From the NCBI GenBank assembly GCA_041905905.1, contig JAYRKE010000009.1:70842-134841 (forward strand): a stretch of DNA of 64,000 nt, written 5' to 3'. The notes under the pieces were generated by a model that was given only the letters and a program-made list of their open reading frames with translations, was not told the origin of the DNA and searched no databases. Below, piece after piece: positions 57,148 to 64,000 of the stretch (position 1 is its first letter; every line of letters starts with the position of its first letter). Origin of the DNA: Afipia sp. (GTDB lineage: Bacteria > Pseudomonadota > Alphaproteobacteria > Rhizobiales > Xanthobacteraceae). The translations under genes and the position numbers were made by a program.

Positions 57148-60100
57148 ATGTTCCGATTTCTTGTAACGCAATCGCTCCGTAACCGGCTGTTCGTGCTTGC
57201 CGCTGCTGTGGCCCTCGTCGTCTATGGATTGTTCACGGTCTCCAGATTACCGGTCGATGTCTTTCCCGACCTCAACAAGCCGACCGTCACGATCATGACC
57301 GAAGCCGAGGGCCTCGCGCCCCCGGAGGTCGAACAACTCGTCACGTTCCCAATCGAGACGCAAATGAATGGCTTGCCGGGCGTCACGCGGGTTCGCTCGA
57401 CCTCAGGCGTCGGTCTGTCGATCGTCTACGTCGAATTCGATTGGGGTACCGACATCTATCGCAACCGGCAGCAGATTGCAGAGCGGCTTGCGCTGATTCG
57501 CGATCAGCTGCCGCCCAACACGACGCCGCAGATGGGGCCGATCAGCTCCATCATGGGGCAAATTCTGCTTATCGCAGTGACAAGCTCCGAAGCAACGCCA
57601 ATGGAGGTCCGGGAAACTGCCGATTTTGTAATCCGGCCGCGTCTCCTCACTATTCCGGGCGTGGCTCAAGTCATCCCCATGGGTGGTGAAGTTCGGCAGT
57701 ATCGAGTCTCGCCGAACCCGCCGGCGTTGCGCGCCCTGAATATAACCTATGAGCAGGTGGAGAAAGCTCTGGCGCAGTTTGGGACGAATGCAGGCGGCGG
57801 TTTCACCGACCAGTATTCGCGCGAATATCTCATTCGAAATATCGGGCGCACCACCAGCCTGGAGGACTTGCGCAATATTGTGGTCGCGCGCCTGAACGGT
57901 GGTCCCATCTATCTGTGGCAGGTGGCCGCGGTCGAGTTTGCGCCGAAGGTCAAGCGCGGCGATTCCGGCTACATGGGCTCCTCCGCGGTGATCGTTTCAG
58001 TTGAGAAGCAACCGCATATCGACACCGTGCGATTGACGCGTGAGATCGAGCAGGCGCTCAAGGAGCTCACCAACACACTACCGAAAGGAATTAAGGCCGA
58101 TCAAATTCTGTTCCGTCAGGCCGACTTCATCGACACGTCTATCCGGAACGTCGAACGGGTGCTGCTGGAAGCGGGCCTGGTGGTTGCTGTCGTCCTATTT
58201 GCGTTTCTGCTGAACTGGCGCACAACGGCCATCAGCCTGACGGCCATTCCGGTCTCGATTCTCACCACGGCTGTGGTCTTTCACCTGTTCGGGCTTTCTA
58301 TCAACACAATGACATTGGGAGGGTTGGCGATCGCCATCGGCGAATTGGTCGATGATGCCGTCGTCGATGTCGAAAATATCTTCAGGCGCCTGCGCGAGAA
58401 CCGGGCGCTTGGAAATCCCCGGTCCGTTGCCGAGGTGGTCATCTCGGCATCGCAGGAGGTCCGATCGGGCATCGTCTACGCGACCATGATTGTGATCCTG
58501 GTGTTCGTACCTCTTTTTGCCCTGTCCGGCATCGAAGGCCGCCTCTTTGCGCCTCTGGGCGAGGCATACATCATCTCGATTCTCGCGAGCCTTCTCGTCT
58601 CGATCACTCTCACCCCGGTCATGGCCTATTATATGTTGCCGGGCCTGAAGCGGTTGCAGCATGGCGACAGCGCCCTTGTCCGCGTTTTGAAGAGGTGGAA
58701 TGCGGGCTTGCTGGGCTGGGGATTTCTCCACCGACGTCTGGTGTTTAGTTCTGTTGCGATTGCGATCGCGGCTGCAGCAGCGGGCGCATTGCTGCTGCCA
58801 CGGGCGTTCTTGCCTCCGTTCAATGAGGGCACGTTCACCATCAACATGCTGTTCAATCCAGGCATTTCACTGGCGGAGTCTCATCGGGTCGGATTGATCG
58901 CCGAGCGCCTCATCCTGGAGGTCCCCGAGGTGAAAGCCGTCGGTCGACGCACGGGGCGAGCCGAACTCGATGAACACGCCGAGGGTGTTCACTCCTCCGA
59001 GATCGAAGTTGATCTCAAACCCAGCCTTCGCCCGAAGGCGGAGATCGTTGACGATCTGCGCAGCCGCCTTGCGATTCTTCCCGTATCGACAAATATCGGT
59101 CAGCCGATCTCCCATCGGCTCGACCATATGTTGTCCGGCGTGCGCGCGCAGATCGCGTTGAAGATTTTCGGCGACGACCTGGACACGCTTCGAGCCATGG
59201 CCGAACGGCTTCGTCAGCGCCTGGCGGGTATTCCGGGCCTCGTTGACCTGCAGGTCGAGAAGCAGGTGCGGATTCCGCAACTGGAAATCCGCGTCGATTA
59301 CCGGCGCGCCGGGCTCTACGGCGTGCAACCTGCTTCAGTGATTGACCAGATCAGCCGGTTATCGAACGGTCGGGTTGTTTCCCGAGTCGTCGATGGGTAT
59401 CGCCGTTTCGACGTGACGATGCGTTTACCCGACCGGCTTCGCACCACGCAGAAGCTCGGCGACCTCCTCATCGAGACGCCGGTCGGCTGGATTCCGGCGC
59501 GGCAGATCGCCGATATCCGGGAGACGGATGGGCCCAATCAGATCCTGCGTGAGAACGGACGTCGCCGCGTCGTCGTGCTCGCAAACACCGATGGTCAGGC
59601 CGACATGGTCAAAGTGGTCAGTGCCATCCGTCAGGAGCTTGCGTCGACCAAGCTTCCGGAAGGCTTTTTCACTCAGCTCGAAGGCACCTTCCAGGCCCAG
59701 GAAGAGGCGACCCGCATGATCGGCGCTCTGGCCATGTTGTCCTTGGGAATGATCTTCGCCGTTCTCTACAGTCGCTATCGTTCTGCTGCGCTGGCGCTGA
59801 TCGTCATGGGCAACGTACCGCTGGCGCTGATCGGAGCCGTCGCTGCGCTCTGGATCGCCGGCCAGCCGCTGTCGGTGGCGTCGATGGTCGGGTTTATCAC
59901 GCTCGCTGGCATCTCGGCCCGCAATGGCATCCTCAAGATCAGTCATTACATCAATCTGGCACTGCACGAGGGAATGCCGTTCGGTCGAGATTTGATCGTC
60001 CGCGGCAGTCTCGATCGTCTCACCCCGGTTCTGATGACGGCATTGTCGGCGGGATTTGCGCTACTGCCGCTACTGATCGATCCGGCGTCTCCCGGAAAGG

Positions 60101-60282
60101 AAATTCTGCATCCGGTCGCCGTCACGATCTTCGGCGGCTTGATCAGCGCCACCCTGCTTGATGCGATCCTGACGCCACTGCTGTTTCAGCGGTTCGGTGA
60201 AAGACCCTTGCGGCGGCTGCTGGAGACGCACGGTGATCCCGAACCGGGCGTCGCCACCTCAACCACTCGTGAAGCTTTCTGA
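57148..60282 (+). CDS. Heavy-metal efflux RND permease (CusA/CzcA family)
   Basis: [63 protein letters not shown]; 1044 aa. Confidence 0.93.
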   Translation: MFRFLVTQSLRNRLFVLAAAVALVVYGLFTVSRLPVDVFPDLNKPTVTIMTEAEGLAPPEVEQLVTFPIETQMNGLPGVTRVRSTSGVGLSIVYVEFDWGTDIYRNRQQIAERLALIRDQLPPNTTPQMGPISSIMGQILLIAVTSSEATPMEVRETADFVIRPRLLTIPGVAQVIPMGGEVRQYRVSPNPPALRALNITYEQVEKALAQFGTNAGGGFTDQYSREYLIRNIGRTTSLEDLRNIVVARLNGGPIYLWQVAAVEFAPKVKRGDSGYMGSSAVIVSVEKQPHIDTVRLTREIEQALKELTNTLPKGIKADQILFRQADFIDTSIRNVERVLLEAGLVVAVVLFAFLLNWRTTAISLTAIPVSILTTAVVFHLFGLSINTMTLGGLAIAIGELVDDAVVDVENIFRRLRENRALGNPRSVAEVVISASQEVRSGIVYATMIVILVFVPLFALSGIEGRLFAPLGEAYIISILASLLVSITLTPVMAYYMLPGLKRLQHGDSALVRVLKRWNAGLLGWGFLHRRLVFSSVAIAIAAAAAGALLLPRAFLPPFNEGTFTINMLFNPGISLAESHRVGLIAERLILEVPEVKAVGRRTGRAELDEHAEGVHSSEIEVDLKPSLRPKAEIVDDLRSRLAILPVSTNIGQPISHRLDHMLSGVRAQIALKIFGDDLDTLRAMAERLRQRLAGIPGLVDLQVEKQVRIPQLEIRVDYRRAGLYGVQPASVIDQISRLSNGRVVSRVVDGYRRFDVTMRLPDRLRTTQKLGDLLIETPVGWIPARQIADIRETDGPNQILRENGRRRVVVLANTDGQADMVKVVSAIRQELASTKLPEGFFTQLEGTFQAQEEATRMIGALAMLSLGMIFAVLYSRYRSAALALIVMGNVPLALIGAVAALWIAGQPLSVASMVGFITLAGISARNGILKISHYINLALHEGMPFGRDLIVRGSLDRLTPVLMTALSAGFALLPLLIDPASPGKEILHPVAVTIFGGLISATLLDAILTPLLFQRFGERPLRRLLETHGDPEPGVATSTTREAF

Positions 60283-60302
60283 ACACAGCAAAAGGAGCAC
60301 CC

Positions 60303-60674
60303 ATGAAACTCGCATATATCGGAGCAGCGGCGCTGCTCATCGCTTCAGCTTCAATTGCATCGGCTCACGCCCCGAAGGTCGGAGCCAACGGTGGCGCACA
60401 AGCCGATGCAGGCAGCTTCCATGTTGAGATCGTTCCCGAACGTACGACCCTGCAGGTCTTCCTGCGAGATCATTCCGATAAAGCCGTCGTCACCAATGGC
60501 TTCAAGGGAACGGCCATCTTCGTGATCGACGGCAAGGCGCAGCGCATTCCACTGACGCCAGCCGGCGACAACAAGCTGACCGGCACATCCACCATCTCCA
60601 TTCCGAGCCAACCGAAGGGAGCGGTGCAGATCACCACCCCCTCGGGCAGCACGGTGCAGGCAAAATTCAACTGA
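60303..60674 (+). CDS. Small periplasmic putative metal chaperone
   Basis: AAGGAG RBS; signal peptide ASAH; GANGGAQADAGSFHVEIV; beta-sandwich-like; last gene of the RND operon. Confidence 0.75.
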   Translation: MKLAYIGAAALLIASASIASAHAPKVGANGGAQADAGSFHVEIVPERTTLQVFLRDHSDKAVVTNGFKGTAIFVIDGKAQRIPLTPAGDNKLTGTSTISIPSQPKGAVQITTPSGSTVQAKFN

Positions 60675-60802
60675 ACAGGAGCTTTCATGAGAGGGCAGGC
60701 GGCGTCCATACGTGGCGGCGGGGCCAGGGAGCAATCTTGCTCATCAGAAACCAATCCTCCAATATGCGATTGAGGCTGCGGGGGTTCAGAAGGAGATTTG
60801 AG

Positions 60803-61258
60803 ATGCGAACGCACGTTCTGGTTCTTACGACCTCTGCATTGATTCTGGTTGGTGCGGCTACGTCCGCAATTGCGCAGCAAGGGGCTGGTAGCCCGATGAT
60901 GCAGCAGCCGAGCCACGAGCAAATGCAGCAACAGGGCTCCGGTCAGGGAAGCATGGCTGGGCAACGAGGCATGATGGGTCCCGGCATGATGGGGCAAGGC
61001 AATATGATGGGCATGATGGGACAGCGGGAAATGGGAGGTGGTATGTCGGCGCCAATGGGTATGACGAGCCGCCCTTTCATGATGCGCATCATGTTCATTC
61101 TGATGGACACCGATGGTGACGGGACCGTCTCACTACAAGAATTCCAGGCGGCCCATGAGCGCGTCTTCAAGGCAATGGATTCCAACAAGGATGGCCGCCT
61201 CACCTCTGAGGAGATGCAGTCCTTCATGCAGGGCGCTGGACGATCCATGCCACAGTAG
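60803..61258 (+). CDS. Exported EF-hand protein with a Met/Gly-rich linker
   Basis: AAGGAG RBS, signal peptide, GMMGPGMMGQGNMMGMMG, EF-hands MDTDGDGTVSLQEF and MDSNKDGRLTSEE. Confidence 0.85.
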   Translation: MRTHVLVLTTSALILVGAATSAIAQQGAGSPMMQQPSHEQMQQQGSGQGSMAGQRGMMGPGMMGQGNMMGMMGQREMGGGMSAPMGMTSRPFMMRIMFILMDTDGDGTVSLQEFQAAHERVFKAMDSNKDGRLTSEEMQSFMQGAGRSMPQ

Positions 61259-61519
61259 TAGTGCGGCGGAACGCCAGGGCGTCAGACGGTACACGGGCAG
61301 TGCGGTCAAGACGCCTGGCGGCCGCAGTTCAGAGCTTAAAAGGTTCCGGGTGGGAGATAACAACGGCCAATACAACGCGACGAACTTTCCTCGCTGGTCG
61401 CGCCGCCATCGGCACGGCTGCGGCCGCTAGGTTTTATGGTTTGGCGTTACCGCATATCCGACCGCAGAATGGATCGCAAATCAGATCATGCAAGCGTGCG
61501 ACCGAAAGCAAGCCTCTCG

Positions 61520-61878
61520 CTGCCTGATCCGCGGCCGAAACAGGGCCTATGGCGAAGTCTATATTCGAAGTGTTCGATCCATGGGCATTCATGATCGATC
61601 GACGCCGCCACGTTCGCTGCGGCAAAACATATATACTGAATGTCTGATCGGTTTGGTCAGTTGGAGCGCCTTGACCATGTTGTTGCGCTAGGTGAGCCGC
61701 ATCTTCGTCACATACTGTTGTCTTACAAGAGCTACTATAATGAGATGCGCACGCCCTATCGATGGAGAAGGATGCGCCCCTATTGCGCACGGTTCAGAGA
61801 GCAGGGCGTATTCTTTACCTTCCGATCCTGAGCGGGCTGCATCACCAATATATTCGGATTTGATTTGCGACAGGCACA
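61520..61878 (+). mobile_element. Degraded integrase-core (IS3/IS481-like) transposase 3' end and right terminus
   Basis: Frameshifted YGEVYIRSVRSMGIHDR, LDHVVALGEPHLRHILLSYKSYYN, GLHHQYIRI; ends ...GATTTGCGACAGGCACA. Confidence 0.75.
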
Positions 61879-62081
61879 ACCATCGCTAACAGCCAGCTTG
61901 CAGATTGGCGCGCCGTCCGACTTGTCGGACTGCTTTCCGAGCTCGTTCAACCTTGGCTCCGCGCTGCAGCAACGCGATAGTGACCGCGGCCACCGGTTGA
62001 CGTGCATCAAACAACCAGCACAAAAGCGAATTATCTTGGGAAAATGGGAGCCTCCAGGCGGAGCTCCACAGGAGAAGACAG

Positions 62082-62297
62082 ATGATGGATGGCTGGATGT
62101 ATGGGTACGGCTTCGGCCCTATCCATTGGCTTTGGTTCATTGTGATGATCGCGGTGGTTATCTATCCCGTGGGCCGTATTCTCAGCCGAATCGGATTCTC
62201 GCCGCTCTGGTCGATCGTGATATTCATTCCGTTGGTTAATCTGATCGCGCTTTGGATTTTCGCCTTCACTGATTGGCCAGACGGGAGGGCAGAGTAG
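62082..62297 (+). CDS. Small membrane protein (71 aa)
   Basis: GGAGA RBS; two TM helices, GFSPLWSIVIFIPLVNLIALWIFAFTDWP. Confidence 0.7.
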   Translation: MMDGWMYGYGFGPIHWLWFIVMIAVVIYPVGRILSRIGFSPLWSIVIFIPLVNLIALWIFAFTDWPDGRAE

Positions 62298-62363
62298 GTC
62301 CGCAGAAATCATCATACGTAGCACCGTTGCGATGCAAGCTGGTGCTCATGGCCATTCTCCATT

Positions 62364-62567
62364 TTGGGCCTGTGCTGGTTTGCCAGTGATGATCCGTTGG
62401 CCAACGCTGGTCGTGATCGTCTCGGTAGTAGTTTACTTCCTCGGCCGGCTGTGATCGTGCGTGCGATCTATCCAATCGACAAAAGTGATCTCGACATTCT
62501 GCAGCTGCTGCATTTTCTGACGCTCGCGCTGCTGTCTGGGCGGTTGCTTCCGTCGACCTGCGCTTGA
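62364..62567 (+). pseudogene. OpgC-family fragment
   Basis: AIYPIDKSDLDILQLLHFLTLA resembles the OpgC motif YPIDKxxLDxLRxxHFLALA. Confidence 0.55.
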
Positions 62568-62794
62568 AATGTCAGCTTTTTGCAGAGCTGCCGGCTCTCG
62601 GTGAACTTCCTAACGAATCTTTCAAGAAGGTGCGGTTGGAATCGCACATGATTCCATTCGGCCAAACTACCAAGGTTGAGACTAATCACCTCAACGAGCT
62701 GTACTGGATGCACTAATTTACACCAGAATCCGTGGATCAAGGAGCAGCTTCTATCGTGTAGGCAGGCAGCCGCCGGCGTGCTTTCGTTCGTAGG

Positions 62795-62950
62795 GAATCG
62801 CGATGCTTCGATTAGAATTGCCAGATGTTTATCGATCCCCGGGCATGCCAGACGGGAAATCAGGTCACGGATGATGTTGAGACGTGCGGCCTTTTTGTCA
62901 TCGGCGTGGACCACGATCCAGGGAGACAATTTGCTGGAGGTCGCAACCAT
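62795..62950 (-). pseudogene. ppk2: Polyphosphate kinase 2 C-terminal fragment
   Basis: SPWIVVHADDKKAARLNIIRDLISRL. Confidence 0.65.
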
Positions 62951-63119
62951 ATCCGGCTGCTACCTGGAATGAACGGCAAACCGTGCCGAATTGGCTCGCC
63001 CCAGCCTAAAATTGAGCGCACACAGCCCATTATTCAATGGGCCTTAAAAGACTGTTTCTGCGCTAGCGAAAGAGTATGCTTCCAGCATTGACTTTTGCTT
63101 GGCAGGGGTTTCCTGAGTG

Positions 63120-64000
63120 ATGAGTATCGCAAAAGACGAAGCGCACGCAAAAGCGCTCGCTCACGAGCATGGAGCCCACGAGGTACGAAACCATACGGCG
63201 CGAAACCACGACGGGCACGCTGATCACGACAAGCACGCGGGCCATTCGGTCGCGATGTTTCGTGACAAGTTCTGGCTGTCCCTTGTTCTGACGGTCCCCA
63301 CCCTGATCTGGGGTCATATGCTGCCGAGCGCCCTTGGTTATGCGCCACCCGCTTTTCCCGGGTCGCGCTGGATTGCACCCGTGTTCGGCACCGCTGTGTT
63401 TCTCTACGGGGGGTGGCCCTTCGTGCAGGGTGCGATCCGCGAACTGCGCGACCGTCTTCCGGGCATGATGACGCTGATTGCGCTCGCAATCGGTGTCGCC
63501 TTTGTATTCAGCGTCGCGGTGACCTTGGGCTTTCCGGGTATGCCGCTCTGGGAAGAGCTCGCGACGCTCGTCACCATTATGCTTCTCGGTCATTGGATCG
63601 AGATGCGCTCGATCAATCAGGCGCAAGGCGCGCTCGCAGAACTCGCCAAGCTGCTACCGAGCAATGCCTTTCGTATTATTCGCGATGCGAGCGGTGCAGA
63701 GCGGATAGAGGAAGTGGCACTGACGGCGCTCACGGACGGCGATCTCGTGCTCGTCAAACCGGGCGCAGGCATTCCCGCTGACGGCGAAGTGCGCGAGGGT
63801 CACAGCAACGTCAACGAAGCGATGATTACAGGCGAGTCGCGGCCAATCGGCAAGAATGTCGGCGACCGCGTGATCGCCGGAACGGTCAATGGCGAAGGCT
63901 CGCTGCGCGTGCTGGTGACTGGCACTGGCGATCGGACCGCCCTTGCCGGGATCATGCGGCTTGTCGAACAGGCACAAACATCGCATTCGCGCGCACAGGT
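63120..64000 (+). CDS. P1B-type heavy-metal ATPase (CopB-like, His-rich N-terminus), runs off the window
   Basis: Hand translation: HEHGAH...HDGHADHDKHAGHSVAMFRDKFW, YGGWPF, PGMMTLIAL, LLGHWIEM, VKPGAGIPADG, VNEAMITGESRP, VIAGTVNG. Confidence 0.92.
   Translation, partial: MSIAKDEAHAKALAHEHGAHEVRNHTARNHDGHADHDKHAGHSVAMFRDKFWLSLVLTVPTLIWGHMLPSALGYAPPAFPGSRWIAPVFGTAVFLYGGWPFVQGAIRELRDRLPGMMTLIALAIGVAFVFSVAVTLGFPGMPLWEELATLVTIMLLGHWIEMRSINQAQGALAELAKLLPSNAFRIIRDASGAERIEEVALTALTDGDLVLVKPGAGIPADGEVREGHSNVNEAMITGESRPIGKNVGDRVIAGTVNGEGSLRVLVTGTGDRTALAGIMRLVEQAQTSHSRAQ

Noticed and set aside
63088-63115. CueR box ahead of the P-type ATPase
   Set aside because: TTGACT is present, but the ACCTTCC-N7-GGAAGGT dyad is not convincingly matched.

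Overview
This window is part of a repABC-type conjugative plasmid (or secondary replicon) of an alphaproteobacterium, probably Hyphomicrobiales. The host assignment is inferred from the repABC, Ti-type trb/traI and GAAC-N7-GAAC LexA-box content. Layout: (1) 1-19.2 kb is accessory DNA: a partial ABC ATPase, OsmC, a tetR-ybhGFSR-like ABC exporter divergent from phaC-phasin-phaB (pseudogene), VIT1, a cusA/czcA remnant, PTS EIIA, two Rnk/GreA-like genes, DUF1993, an xdhC remnant, ilvD, a CMD/AhpD gene and an IS5 remnant. (2) 19.2-29.3 kb is a complete Ti-type traI-trbBCDEJKLFGHI mating-pair operon. (3) 29.7-40.8 kb is a maintenance locus: repA-repB-ctRNA-repC, a tyrosine resolvase, a DUF1778/GNAT TA pair, a res-like inverted repeat, DUF1403-scpB, a full-length second dnaB, and an Xre/MbcA-RES TA pair. 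(4) 40.8-49.8 kb is decayed cargo: tonB, PNPOx, abiEii, imuA/dnaE2, lysR and phosphorylase remnants, plus an intact abiEi-like gene and cytochrome b561. (5) 49.8-64 kb is a metal-resistance island: DMT, chrA, arsH-acr3-arsC-arsR, a heavy-metal RND operon, an EF-hand protein and a partial His-rich P1B ATPase. The most notable observations are the dnaB + Xre-RES module, the shared operator linking a PHA synthase to an ABC exporter, the orphan DUF1403-ScpB pair, a vestigial repC leader ahead of a RepC with an extra C-terminal domain, and a TA cassette apparently inserted into the 5' end of the resolvase. All family assignments come from motif recognition by eye; no database search was run.
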